Shown here piece after piece: positions 40,758-53,573 of a DNA stretch of 64,000 bases. The DNA is taken from the NCBI GenBank assembly GCA_951406725.2, contig OX597836.1, positions 31,620,001 to 31,684,000 on the forward strand. The letters are read 5' to 3'. Below the pieces are notes generated by a model, which saw only the letters and a list, made by a program, of their open reading frames with translations, searched no databases and was not told the origin of the DNA. The translations under genes and the position numbers were made by a program. This stretch comes from Octopus vulgaris. Its lineage: Eukaryota. The number at the start of each line of letters is the position of its first letter. Within the stretch, counting starts at the first letter, position 1.

Positions 40758-42435
40758 TTAATATATAGCCACCAGGCCCTGCTTTAGAAGTGTATTAGTA
40801 TTGAGTATGTTCCTGTCAAACTCTCTATTCCATGCCAGTATGGAAAAGAAATATTACATGATAATAACAATGACAATGATATATATACATGTGCGTGTGT
40901 GTGTGTGTGTGTAGGTGCAGCTGTGTGGTAAGAAGCTTGCTTCCAAACTACATGGTCCTGTCATATATATATTTTATCAAGTACCCACAATACAAGGGAG
41001 AAGGCAGGTTGCTCATGCAGGGTATATAATAACTTCCAGTAGGAGGTCCATGTAAGGCTGAAGGGTGTCATCTATGAGGCTACGGTGATACCTAGACCTA
41101 ACAACTGTAATAACAGCAATATCATTTGCAGATTAACCAGGTCTCACACCAATACAGTTGCCACAGCCAGAGATAGTGGAAGCACTCTGTCAGTTACGAC
41201 GTCGAAGGTTCCGGTTGATCCGATCAATGGAACAGCCTGCTCGGGAAATTAACATGTAAGTGGCTGAGCACTCCACAGACACGTGTACCCTTAACGTAGT
41301 TCTTGGGGATATTCAGTGTGACACAGAGAGTACAACAGAAACAGGAAGTAAGAGTGAGAGAAAGTTGTGGTGAAAGAGTACAGCAGGGATCACCACCATC
41401 CGTGCCAGAGCCTCGTAGAGTTTTTAGGTGTTTTCGCTCAATAAACACTCACAATGTCCAGTCTGGGAATCGAAACTGTGATACTACGACCGTGAGTCCG
41501 CTGCCCTAACCACTGGGCCATTGCACCTCCACACCCAGAGATAGTAATCAAGCCAGGACTAGCATCACAGAGAGTGTCACCAAAGACCCTTGTACCACTG
41601 CCATGGATAATGAACACCATAGATGCAGATAGAGTGACCAGGCCCACAGTGTATGAGAACACCATTACAAACACTGCCCCTAGAAATAACGACCAGTCCA
41701 GAGCCAATGACTTATAGTTGGGAAGTGAACTTACTAGCCACTCAACCATGACTGCTTCTAAAATACATACTTATAGTTAGACATTCAACCACATATACAT
41801 GTGTGTGTGTGTATATATATGTGTGTTTGTGCATATCTTACACAAGTCTTGTGTGTCTCCTGAGTAATTCCATAGATTTTGGATGAAAATATATTCTCAA
41901 AGTATTTATGAATATTTACAAATATAGCTTGAATTATACGATTTCAATTTCATATCCAATAATTTTCTACTTCACATTTTAAAAGAAAATGCGCTGAAAA
42001 TATTTTTCTTATTTTCAGCATTGGCTTCTTATTATCTGTCTAAGACTTTGAATAATTGCATCCAAGATTGAACTGTTACTTTAAAAGTAGCCAAATCTGA
42101 AACTAAAAGAAAAAGATGCTCCCAATATTTCTATTTCTAAATCTTTAAATTCTCATCTAGATTACCTTTAGATTTCTCCTAAAGCAAAGTTCTGTGAAGA
42201 AAGATGAGGAAAGAAAAAGACTGTTGTTCAAATAATTTTCAGTACATCTTCTTCTTATTCATTTCAACAGCTAAATCCTACCATTTTCCATCTGAGCAGT
42301 TTCCAGATCTTTCTCTCCACTCTCTAAGTCTGCCCTTGCTTATCACTGGCAAAATTTTCCACCTTGAGGCTAATGATGTGCAAAATATCATCATCATCAA
42401 CAACGGTTGTATAGGAGGACAAACACAAACACAAA

Positions 42436-42498
<63 letters not shown>

Positions 42499-42625
42499 TA
42501 ATAAAAGGAATTCCAACCTTGTCTGATTTTCACGTTGTATTTACAATCTTATAATGATATAAGATAATATAATATAATATAATAAAATAAAATAAAATAG
42601 TAGAATGTTAAATGTTCATTCTGAT

Positions 42626-42670
42626 TGAACTAGTACTTTCATGCATTAAATTCTGCAATCTTCAGGTTCA
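42626..42670 (-). ncRNA. Minimal type I hammerhead motif, canonical core (left palindrome arm)
   Basis: UGAAC-CUGAAGA-U-UGCA gaauuuaa UGCA-U-GAAA-GUAC-UA^GUUCA. Confidence 0.78.
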
Positions 42671-42747
42671 TGTAGTAGTGGTGACAGTCATGCTTCACAA
42701 TTTTTGACAGTCAAAAATTGTGAAGCATGACTGTCACCACTATTACA

Positions 42748-42792
42748 TGAACCCGAAGATTGCATAATTTAATGCATGAAAGTACTAGTTCA
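42748..42792 (+). ncRNA. Minimal type I hammerhead motif, U4C variant (right palindrome arm)
   Basis: UGAAC-CCGAAGA-U-UGCAU aauuua AUGCA-U-GAAA-GUAC-UA^GUUCA. Confidence 0.7.
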
Positions 42793-42969
42793 ATCAGAAT
42801 GAACATTTAACATTCTACTATTTTATTTTATTTTATTATATTATATTATATTATCTTATATCATTATAAGATTGTAAATAAAACGTGAAAATCAGACAAG
42901 GTTGGAATTCCTTTTATTAATATATTCTTCTATACACAATCACACACACCCGTATATATATCTATATCT

Positions 42970-43000
<31 letters not shown>

Positions 43001-43224
43001 TATATACATACATACACGGTGAGATTCTTTTAGTTTCCATTTATCAAATCCACTCACAAAGCTTTGGTTGGCAGAAGACACTTGCCCAAGGTGCCATGCA
43101 GTGGAACTGAACCCAGAACCATGTGGTTGGGAAGCAAGCTTCTTGCCACACAGCCATGTCTGCACCTTAAAAATATTCACTGTAACATTTGACCAAGCAA
43201 TTGTATGAACATCGAAATGCTTAC

Positions 43225-43258
43225 CTTTCATATACTCTCTTCCCTGTCTTTTTATCCT
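43225..43258 (-). CDS. ENPP-family small exon (34 nt)
   Basis: atttcag|AG...AG|gtaagc; phase 1->2 exactly bridges the neighbouring exons; (K)DKKTGKRVYE(S); weak homology, supported mainly by splice sites and phase. Confidence 0.7.
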
Positions 43259-44446
43259 CTGAAATTTAAAAAAACAAAAAAACTCTAAGAAAAGGGAGTT
43301 AATTCATCAGTTTACAAAATACAATAAATATTTAGATGGTTAGCATGGTCAAAGAGGATGTGTCTTTTACTTGGTATTGATGAACCAACAAGGAATGCTG
43401 ATAAAATACTGAATGTAATGCTATTTTGATTATCATTAAATAAAAATACAAAATAATTTAAAGAGTTTTTTTATCCAAAGATCTAATTACAAGGAAGAAA
43501 AAAGCTATCAGTACACTCTGTAAAGTGGTTGGTATTAGGAAGGGCATCCAGCTAGAGAAATCAAGCCGAAACAGACAACAAGACAACAGAACTTGGCACT
43601 GCATCCTGGCTTGCCAGCTCTTGTCAAACCGTCCAACCCATGCCAGCATGGAAAACGGTCGTTAAATGATGATGATAGAAATAAAGAGAGCTGATGAAAT
43701 ACAGTAGAAGGACTGGTAAGTTCTGAAAAGATATAACAAGGTCTGCTTAGTGTCTTCAAGACCAGACAAATCTTCAACAACCAATAATTATTGATAGTCT
43801 ATAAAACTCAGGTGAGGTCTGCAACAGAGTATTCCTTACATATTTGGTTGATGCAGCTGCTGCATACATAAGCATTCTTAGACTGCCTCCAGAAAAGGGG
43901 CCACCTGACTGAGTGGCATAAAGTTACTTAGAGACATGCTCTATCCTTTGGCCCACAAACATGTTGTCTCCTCTCTCTGCATTTTCTAATGCTACCACTA
44001 TGGTTTCTGCCCTTTGGATCTGGCTAGGCTCATGCCATACACATTCAAACATTTTTATTCTGCATGTCCCTTTTTGTCTCAACATCTTTGTTGTGTTCAC
44101 CCATTCCACTTCCCTGACTCATCACTAAAACCAGACCTTCCTTCACAAACTCAGTGGAAGCCTGACGCGTATATATGTGTGTGTATGTGGGTGTGCGTGT
44201 CTTAGCATTTAACTCTCCACAACTCTACGGCAAGTGTTGGTTTTTTTTCTTTCTTTTAAATCACCATAACTTAGCAGTCAGACAAGAGAGACCAACAGAA
44301 TGAATCTCAGACTTATAAAAATAAGTACTGGAGTTGATTTATTCAACTAAGTCCTTCAAGATGCTGGGAGACAAACATGGGAAAACACACACACATATAC
44401 ATTCATACACATGCACACACACACATACTATATATTCATACATACA

Positions 44447-44491
<45 letters not shown>

Positions 44492-44547
44492 TATATTCAT
44501 ATAAACATACACACACATAACAACATATATATGTGTATATATATATA

Positions 44548-44638
44548 CTTTATTTAAAGCAGCAGAAAATTCAACAAAACGGGAACGTGAAACTCAGAGT
44601 AACAGGTTTTGTTGAATTTTCTGCTGCTTTAAATAAAG
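44548..44638. repeat. Perfect 33-bp inverted repeat around a hammerhead 3' half
   Basis: ctttatttaaagcagcagaaaattcaacaaaac and its reverse complement; loop contains GAAA-CUCAGAG-UA-ACAGG. Confidence 0.85.
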
Positions 44639-44737
44639 CATATTACTCTACCACTGGTATTTGAGTACTCTTTTTTTCCACCTTGTTTCACATTTATGTG
44701 TTTACTCCGGTATATATATATATATATATATATATAT

Positions 44738-45410
44738 AGCGTGGAGGCGCAATGGCCCAGTGGTTAGAGCAGCGGACTCGCGGTCATAGGATCGCGGTTT
44801 CGATTCCCAGACCGGGTGTTGTGAGTGTTTATTGAGCGAAAACACCTAAAGCTCCACGAGGCTCCTGCAGGGGATGGTGGTGATTCCTGCTGTACTCTTT
44901 CACCACAACTTTCTCTCACTCTTACTTCCTGTTTCTGTTGTACCTGTATTTCAAAGGGCCGGCCTTGTCACTCTCTCTGTGTCACGCTGAATATCCCCGA
45001 GAACTACGTTAAGGGTACACGTGTCTGTGGAGTGCTCAGCCACTTACACGTTAATTTCACGAGCAGGCTGTTCAAAGAGAAAAAACGTGAGGGCGCGTGG
45101 CTTAGTGGTTAGGGCATTCGGCTCATGATCGTAAGGTTGTGAGTTCGATTCCCGGCAACGCGTTGTGTCCTTGAGCAAGACACTTTATTTCACGTTGCTC
45201 CTGTCCACTCAGCTGGCAAAAATGAGTTGTACTTGTACTTCAAAGGGTCAGCCTTGTCACTCTCTGTGTCACGCTGATTATCCCCGAGAACTACGTTAAG
45301 GGTACACGTGTCTGTGGAATGCTCAGCCATTTGCACGTTAATTTCACGAGCAAGCTGTTCCATTGATCGTATCAGCTGGGACCCTCGTCGTCGTAACCGG
45401 CGGAGTCTTT
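44738..45410 (+). mobile_element. Two adjacent tRNA-headed SINEs sharing a 3' tail. Related copies: 11150-11372+, 15675-15990-, 36040-36370-, 41178-41533- (TSD ccagagatagt), 48118-48400+, 50100-50780- (nested, TSD taacggttctaat), 60448-60745+, 63637-63890+
   Basis: tggcccagtggttagagcagcggactcgcggtc...ggtttcgattccc and tggcttagtggttagggc...gagttcgattccc heads; common tail gagaactacgttaagggtacacgtgtctgtgg. Confidence 0.88.
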
Positions 45411-45722
45411 TTAATATATATATATATATATATATGAAGGGTTTCCATGAGCTTCCAGTTTCCTTCGATCAAATTCATTTCCAAGGCATTGGTTGGTCTG
45501 GGGCTACAGTAGAAGACATTTGCCCAAGGTGCCATACCAAAGGACTGAACCTAAAACCATATGGTTGGGAAGCAAGCTTCTTAACCACTCATCCATGTCT
45601 GCACTGACACATATAATGACACGGAGAATTGAACAGACTTCTATAGAGGCAAAAAAAAAGAAAAAAGATAAATAAATAAAATATACAATGGTTATAACAT
45701 AATAAAACATTTAAATACTTAC

Positions 45723-45783
45723 TGAATCCTGGCCAAAAGTAAACAGAAGATGTTTTGTTTTGGTTTTCAGCAGTATTCCATAT
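45723..45783 (-). CDS. ENPP-family exon (PDE domain)
   Basis: tttatag|ATA...TTC A|gtaagt; 61 nt, phase 0->1; IWNTAENQNKTSSVYFWPGF matches IWVTA...FFWPGS. Confidence 0.92.
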
Positions 45784-48445
45784 CTATAAAATACATGTAA
45801 CAAACCGTTTCTAATATTAATTTTTAACAAAAGTAGAAGGCTTCAAATGTGAGGGACAGGTGGGAATGGGGATGGGGTGACCAGACTGATTATGTATGCA
45901 TTTGTTAATTATTTTATCAAAGAGTATATTAATAATATTGACGAGGCAGTGAGCTGGCAGAATCATTAACAGACTAGAAAAAAAAAATGTTTGGCAGCAG
46001 TTCTTCTGATTTGGAAGGGTATCCAGCTGTAAAAAACATACCAAAACTGACCTCACTTGTGTTGGTGCCACATAAAAATCACTCAGTCCACTCTGCTGGG
46101 TGGTTGGTGTTAGGAAGGGCATCCAGTCGTAAAAACCATGCCAAAACAGACACAGAAGTCTGATGCAGTCTTCTGCCTGGCCAGTTCCTGTCAAACCATC
46201 CAACCTATGCCAGCACGGAAAGTGGATGTTAAACGATGATGATGGTGATGAATTCAAATGCCACCATGGTCGACTTTGGTTTTTATCCTTTTGGGGTCTA
46301 TAAGTACCAGTTGAGTACTGGGGTTCATATAATTGACTTACCCACTTCACAAAAGTTGCTGGCTTTGTGCCAAATATTGAAACATCATCATCATCATCAT
46401 CATCATTTAACGTCCGTGTTATATGCTAGCATAGGTCAGACCATACCACAAGAGCTGGCCAGACCAAAGCCTGTACCAGACTTCTGTGACTGTTTTGGCA
46501 GGAATTTTATAGCTGTATGCCCTTTCTAACACCAAACACTCAGCAGAGTGGGCTCAGTGCTTTTTATGTGGCACAAGCACAGACGAGAAAAGTTTTGGCA
46601 AGGTTTTTACAGCTGGATGCCCTTCTGAACACCAACCACTTTACAGCGTGAACTGGGTGCTTTTAAGTGGCACCTGCACTGACAGGGTCACCAAGTGCTT
46701 GCAAGACAAAAACTTTTAAGAGGGGAGGAGACATCGGAGGAGGTGATGATGAAAGGTTATAATGAGACACATACAGCTGTAGAGGAAGTACAAGGTTACC
46801 TGGCCAGAGACTGAAAGATCAGGATTGAAGACAGAAACAGGTGTGCTACCAGGAAGAAAACACGTGGTTGCCCAACCTGAAGGAAGTGCAGGAGAAGGAG
46901 AGAGAGAGAGAGAGTGTGAGACCGCAGAATGGAGATGGTGGCAAAATGAAAGCAATATTAATAATATTGATAGGTCACAAGCTGATAGGATTGCAATCAT
47001 GCCAGTCAAAATACTCAGCAACATTTCTTTCTGTTCTTTATGTTCTGAGACGAAATTCTACCGAGGTCAGCTTTGCCTTTCATCCTTTTATATAAGCACT
47101 CATTGAATACTTGGGTTGATATGATCAACTAGCCCCCTCTTACAACATTTCAGGCCTTGTGCATATTGTAGAAAGGAAAAAAATATTGCTGTTACTGTGG
47201 GTGTCAAAATTTAATTTAACCCTTTCATTACCATATTTCTGTTGAGATGCTCTGTGTTTCTTTCAATTAATTTTAAATATAACAAGGAATTTAGTAAAAT
47301 AACTTAGTTATCATTCAGCTAGTGTTAGGAACATTATTTGTGACTAAGGTTTGGTGGAAGATTTTAATTCAAAACTTATGGAAACAAGACATTTGTACTA
47401 CAGAGCCAGAGGTAGTTCCAGCTGGGTTGGTATCGAAAGAGTTAAATAGTTCCCTAGTAGTGTGTTAATGATTGCCAAGAATGTTTTAAAAAATTTGGCT
47501 GCTATTTTTAACAGTCAAGTGACTGTAAAGAAATTTCATTATGAACTGATGTCTTCTTAAACCTACACAACATTGATATTACTTCTTCTTTAACCCTTTC
47601 ATTACTGTATTTATTTTGAGATGCTCTGTGTTTCTTTCAATTTATTTTAAATATAACAAAGAATTTAGTAAAATAACTTAGTTATCATTAAGCTAGTGTT
47701 AGGAACATAAATTGTGGCTAAGGTTCGGTGGAAGATTTTAATATAAAACTTATGAAAACAAAATATCTGTACTCAGAGTCAGAGCCAGTTTCAATGACCC
47801 ATAGACTGTGGTCAAAGGGCATCCAAGAAATTGACCTTATCAGATTTATCAAAATTTATCTCTGATGTAATGAAATTAAAACATATTTCACAGTCACACA
47901 CATCTCGCGTTTCTTTTGCAGTTCAGTGTCTGTCAAAATCAATGGGAGTGACTATCATATTCTATTCCTCTGCCCTATTTTCTCTTTCACATTCACCTTG
48001 TACCTCAACTTCCCATTTCTCCCTATGAAAATATTCATAGGTCAGGCATGAATAATAAGTTCTAGGTTTGATATAATTGACTAAAGCCCTTCAAAGTAGA
48101 ATCCCAGCATGACAGCATGTGGAGGCACATGGCCTAGTGGTTAGAGCAGTGGACTCGCAGTCAAGGGATCGCAGGTTCGAATCTCAAACCGGGCGATGTG
48201 TGTGTTTATGACTGAAACACCTAAGCTCCATGCAGCTCCGGCAGAAGGTAATGGCCACAACTTTCTCTCACTCTTTCCTCCTGCATCTTGCAGCTCACCT
48301 GTGATAGACCAGCACCCCGTCCAGGTGGGGAACCTATACACCAAGGAAACTGGGAAACTGGCCTTTATGAGCCAGGGATGGCTTGAGAAGGAACAAATAT
48401 GACAGCAGTTGAAAGACTAAAACAAAGAAACTGTGTAATACTAAC

Positions 48446-48556
48446 TGGTTCTCCTCCCCACCAGAAAGGTTCACTGGATGTGGACGTAAAAGATTTATTC
48501 TGCCCTGGATCATACATTTCTTCATCAATGATTCCATGAGATTCTGGATACAAACC
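48446..48556 (-). CDS. ENPP-family exon (PDE domain)
   Basis: tttcag|GGT...CCA|gttagt; 111 nt, phase 0->0; [17 protein letters not shown]...WWGGEP, a hallmark NPP motif. Confidence 0.96.
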
Positions 48557-49418
48557 CTGAAACATAAAACAGATTCACAATCAAAATATAATCCTGCAAG
48601 TAACATGTCTTGCATACTTGTGTATAATCACTGTGTTTTCCAATGTTTAAAAGTAGTTAAGGATTTTATTGTCCCCTCTCATGTATATTTAATTTTCATC
48701 AAAAATCACCCTAAGTTGATTTCCTACATGTTATGCTTTTCCATCTAGATTTACCTCCAGCTAACCCGTTTGCATGCATCGTTTATGTCCTGCTTTTCTT
48801 CTGTCAACCTGTACATAACTGCACCTTCCATTTTTTGTTGTTTTTGTACTGCTTAAAGATGCGTTTCTTTCCTACCAAGCTTACTGCTTAAACGATGTTT
48901 GTGTTCTCCCAGTCAACAGCCTTATCCTTACTGGTACTTTAAACTCTTTGGTTGCGTATTTGTGTGAATAAAATCGTTTTTCTTTGGAATAGAAAAAAAG
49001 TCTATCTTTACTTCTTCTTTTGCTGGTGTCTCAAATTTAGGTTAAATCAGTGTTTCTCAAAGTGGAGGCCTATGGGACGGTCGGACAAGTTGTTTTGAGA
49101 AAATTTGGTTTAAATGTATATATACAGATATATACAGACATATATACATACATACATATACATATGAGGGTGCATGGCCTCATGGTTAGGGTGTTGCACT
49201 CATGATTGCAAGATTGTGGTTTCATTTCCCAGACCAAGTGGTATATCATTTTATTGCACAAATTATTGAAGCATGGGCTTTCTCCAAGGCAATACTAGCT
49301 GAAAGAAATTATAGATCTGTGACCAAGTGCAATAAATTCATTTTTGTGACATAACTTAATTAGTAATCAATAAGATACTGCAGAAACAATATAATAAAAA
49401 AAACAATGAACTACTTAC

Positions 49419-49584
49419 AGTGACTATACTGTACAGATTAGGTAAACTTTTATAAGGATAAACTGGTCGCATGTAAGATGCTTGTACACCACAGCGCTTA
49501 AGCTTTTCCAATGCAGGCATTTTCACAAGATTTAAATTGTCTGCATTAAAATTATGCAAGGACAATAAGAGCAAAATTGGTGTT
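49419..49584 (-). CDS. ENPP-family exon (PDE domain start, nucleophile motif)
   Basis: tttgcag|A...ACT|gtaagt; 166 nt, phase 2->0; TPILLLLSLHNFNAD...KLKRCG...MRPVYPYKSLPNLYSIVT vs ENPP1 TLLFSLDGFR...KLKKCG...MRPVYPTKTFPNHYSIVT. Confidence 0.95.
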
Positions 49585-50823
49585 CTGCAAATGATAAGAA
49601 AAAAGAATTAACATGTGTAAAAAGCACCAGCTGGTTGTGCTCGATGCCAGCTCTGCTGGTCCCTGTACTGGAGGCACGAAAAAAAGCACCCGCTACACTC
49701 TTGGAGTGGTTGGAATAAGGAAAGGCATCCAGCTGTAGAAAAACTGCCAGATGGGATTGACAACCGATGCTGGTGTAATTACGTCCCCATAACTTAGCAG
49801 TTCGGCAAAAGAGACCGATAGAATAAGTACTAGGCTTACAAAGAATAAGTCCTGGAGTCGATTTGCTCGACTAAAGGCGGTGCTCCAACATGGTCACAGT
49901 CAAATGACTGAAACAAGTAAGAGTAAAAGAGTAAAAGAGTAAATCTTCCTAGAGTCATACTCTATTGACTGTAATAAAAGAAGATATACTGGACTATATA
50001 GCAATTGATATACAAAAAGGATAAGCTGGTCCCAAATAGAATGTATTTGATCATATGGCTGTTCAATCAAAGTGAACTGGTACTCTGTTGGTTAAGACAA
50101 CCAGGGTTCCATTTGGTCCAATCACAGCCTGCTTAGGAAATTAACGTGCAAGTGACTGAACACTCTGCAGACACGTGTACCCTTCATGTAGTTCTTAGGG
50201 AGACAAAGCGTGACACAGAATGTAACAAGGCTGGCCCTTTGAAATACAGATACAACCCATTTTTGCCAGCTGAGTGGATTGGAGCAACATGAAATAAAGT
50301 GTTTTGCTCAAGGACACAACACATCACTGGGAATTGAACTAACGGTTCTAATGGATGGAAGCACTCCATCGGTTACGACGACGAGGGTTCCGGTTGATCC
50401 GAATCAATGGAACAGCCTGCTCGTGAAATTAACGTGTAAGTGGCTGAGCACTCCACAGACACATGTACCCTTAACGTAGTTCTCAGGGATATTCAGCGTG
50501 ACAGAGAGAGTGACAAGGCTGGCCCTTTGAAATACAGGTACAACAGAAACAGGAAGTAAGAGTGAGAGAAAGTTGTGGTGATCACCACCATCCCTGCCGG
50601 AGCCTTGTGGAGCTTTAGGTGTTTTCGCTCAATAAACACTCACAACGCCCGGTCTGGGAATCGAAACCGCGATCCTATGACCGCGAGTCCGCTGCCCTAA
50701 CTACTGGGCCATTGTGCCTCCACAGCATAACGGTTCTAATATCGTGAGTTGAATACCCTAGCTGCTAAGCCATGTGCCTTCAATCAAAGCTAACCTAGGG
50801 ATAAACAACAACATACTTTAAAG

Positions 50824-51240
50824 CAGAGGTTCTCAGCCATTTTTTACCTATGGAGCCCATTGACTCATCTTTTACTCAGGTGATGGGTGGGGGTGCTCAT
50901 AACCTTTCGATGTCTAAAAACTCCTATTTTATTTTTATGATTAAATACTAATAGGGATTGTATGAGAAATTAATTAAATATTTTTTGTAATATAGAAATA
51001 TAACCAGTTTATTATTTCATTTTTTCCACTTGTTTCAGTCATTTGACTGCGGCCATGCTGGAGCGCCACCCTAAAGGGTTTTAGTCAAGGAAATCGACTC
51101 CAGGACTTATTCTTTGTAAGCCTAATCCTTATTCTATTGGTCTCTTTTGCTGAACTGCTAAGTTACTGGAACGTAAGCACACCAACATCAGTTGTCAAGT
51201 GATGGTGGTGGAGCAAACACAGGCACAAAGACATACATAA

Positions 51241-51278
<38 letters not shown>

Positions 51279-51343
51279 GCGAAGGGATTCTTTCAGTTTC
51301 CATCAAAAACAAATCTTATATGGACCCTGGTTAAGAACCAGAG
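50824..51343. mobile_element. hAT/Charlie-like MITE interrupted by a SINE
   Basis: ctttaaag|CAGAGGTTCTCAGCC ... GGTTAAGAACCAGAG|ttttaaag (near-perfect 8-bp TSD). Confidence 0.6.
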
Positions 51344-51376
51344 TTTTAAAGTATTGAAAAAAAAAAAACCACTTAC

Positions 51377-51561
51377 CTTTCACATGCCTTTTCTTGAGAG
51401 CATTCTTGTTTTAACCATGGTTGAGAATTGGGCACATTCCATAGATATGGAGATAGGAAGGTCCGTTGCTTAACATTAAGACTACGGTCGAATCTGAGAT
51501 TTGTCAAGTGTTCTATGTCTTGAAGACTGACAATGTTGTCAAGCAAGTATTCCCTAAAGTT
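51377..51561 (-). CDS. ENPP-family exon: end of nuclease-like domain plus linker into the next PDE module
   Basis: atttcag|AAC...AG|gtaagt; 185 nt, phase 0->2; EYLLDNIVSLQDIEHLTNLRF (cf. ARITDVEHITGLSF), then no stop, then QPWLKQECSQEKACE (cf. SWVEEPC...QC before the PDE domain). Confidence 0.9.
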
Positions 51562-51626
51562 CTGAAATAGGCAGAATTTTAGGAAAATAAAAATAAGAAA
51601 TAAGTGGAAATTTTACCGGTGAGTGT

Positions 51627-51854
51627 GTTAACCCTTTAGTGTTCAGACAATTCAATCAAACATAATGCCTATTGATTCACATTGATTTGAATTAATCATG
51701 CATTATCTCATATCTTCAAGATCTTGATGGTGTAATTACTTAATGTAGAATAACATTGTAGGGTAGGTGTGAGAGCCTGGATCTGGTCAGTTTGAACATA
51801 AAACAGATTAACTATTTTGGCTGGATATGGCCGGTTTAAATACTAAAGGGTTAA
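51627..51854. mobile_element. TTAA-specific MITE family 2; other copies at ~2356-2550, 3753-4345, 10285-10510, 22995-23775, 52160-52932, 57540-57740
   Basis: TTAA|CCCTTTAG...CTAAAGGG|TTAA with a shared internal sequence. Confidence 0.82.
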
Positions 51855-52214
51855 ATTATAAGGCACAAAAAGAAAATTACTCTCCCCAGACACAACAGAA
51901 GAATTTGAATCTTTCATTCATACAAACCGGTTCTACATTTTCTATTTTTGTTTTGTTGGTATTTTATTTCTTTGACCTGAGAAAGATGAAAGGCAAAGTT
52001 GACCTAGGTAGGATTTGAATTCAGAATGTAAAGATTTGGAACAAATACCACAAGACATTTTTCCTGATGCTCTACTGATTCTGACAAACCATTGAGAAAG
52101 CAAAACAAAAGTTGTTTCTATTTTTTTTGCCAGTGTTGTATAAGTTTATTGGCATAGAGATTACTCCATCAAATGTAATGCTTGCTTATTCATATTGCTT
52201 TGAACTAATCATGT

Positions 52215-52745
52215 ATTCCAGTTCTATATTTAAGAGATGAGGAATTATATACATTGTTTACATTTGACGGATATTTGTCCTCATCTTGTTTGTTGTTAAC
52301 ACAACGTTTTGGCTGATAAACCCTCCAGCCTTCATCAGGTGTCTTGGGGAAATTTCGAACCTGGGTTCTCATTCCTAAGGTATTTTTCGATGTTTTTGTT
52401 GTTGTTGTTCAGGTCACTGCTTGGAATCGAACTTGGAATCTCGGGGTTAGTAGCCCATGCTCTTAACCACTACGCCATATACTCATGGGCAATGAGTGAA
52501 TGGAGTGAATTTTAGGGTTTATAAATCTAATATTTTCCTATCCTTCCTTAATAGCGGTTCCCATATACTACTCATATCTGCACTCGGTCTGCTTAGGAGG
52601 TTGTTGTGTCCTAGCATATGTGCTGCTTCTTTTATTTTTCGTATTTTCCACTGGTGTTCCCTGTCTATTATTTTACATTCGTCCCACAGGAGGAGGTGGT
52701 CTCCATTTTTCCATACATGATCAGCTATATCCAATTTATCAATAT
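52215..52745 (-). mobile_element. Penelope-like element 3' remnant (endonuclease C-terminus, tRNA-like segment, hammerhead)
   Basis: ORF 52519-52734 IADHVWKNGDH...WDECKIIDREHQWKIRKIKEAAHM...IWEPLL fits the C-terminal part of PLE GIY-YIG domains; inserted in a TTAA-type MITE. Confidence 0.8.
52298..52343 (-). ncRNA. Minimal hammerhead motif in a Penelope-like 3' region (G12A mutated)
   Basis: GACAC-CUGAUGA-A-GGCUG...CAGCC-AAAA-CG-UU^GUGUU. Confidence 0.6.
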
Positions 52746-53437
52746 CTCCTCAAATGTAAATAACGTAAATAACGATCATGGATTATCTTGCAGCATTGGG
52801 ATTTTGATGAAGTAACTGATTATTTTTAGGACGACATTGTAGGATAGGTGTGAAAGGCCAGATCTTGCTATTTTGAACATAAAATAGAACATTTGTGCTG
52901 GATATGGCCAGATTAAATACTAAAAGGCTAAATATCTAATTTTATTAAACATAACAATTTGTCCTATTTTCCGTTATCACAAGAACCTTCTTTGAGAAAC
53001 GTTGCAGTAGAAGTCAGAGCCAAAGAACTGTTGCAGTTCGGTGCTTAAAGTATGGTAATTATCCAATTATTAAAAAAATACAAGGAATCAATGAAGAGTG
53101 AATGACAGAATTGGTAAAAAATCAGACAACAATGTAATTGACTTTAACTTAGAAAGTATTGCTCCAGCATGGCTACAGTTACCATATTTTCCAGCGTATA
53201 AATGGAATTTTTCAGATCAAAATTTACCACCAAAATGGTATGTTGAATTTGGAGGAGCAAAAATTCCATGTGAAATTCAAAAGGATTTGGGGAGATAGTG
53301 ACAATGTTTGAATATTTAGACTATATACTATGTTGATTGTATGTCAGAGAATATGGTAATAAATGAAGCCAGGAAGAGGATAAAAGAATAAAAGAATAAA
53401 AGAGTAAAAGAATTGTTGGAATCTCTTATTTTCTTAC

Positions 53438-53573
53438 CATGCAGTTTGTTACTTTTGGTAAATGTGGAAGAACGAATGAGATAATATCCAAGCTTGTGGA
53501 AGATTTCTGGTCTTGATTTCTTTGAAGAATTGCAAAGAAATGGGTTGGAGATGGTGGAGATGAGTCATGAAAA
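53438..53573 (-). CDS. ENPP-family exon (nuclease-like domain)
   Basis: ttttcag|T...ATG|gtaaga; 136 nt, phase 2->0; SPTHFFAILQR...LDIISFVLPHLPKVTNCM matches IPTHFFIVLT...LDTLAFILPH. Confidence 0.92.

Larger units (their letters stand above)
42493..42925. repeat. 433-bp near-perfect palindrome
   Basis: 216-bp arms, 1-nt centre at 42709 (ttttgac a gtcaaaa), 4 mismatches counted by eye. Confidence 0.95.

Noticed and set aside
44738-44820. tRNA genes
   Set aside because: The tRNA-like sequences are multicopy SINE heads without a proper acceptor stem.
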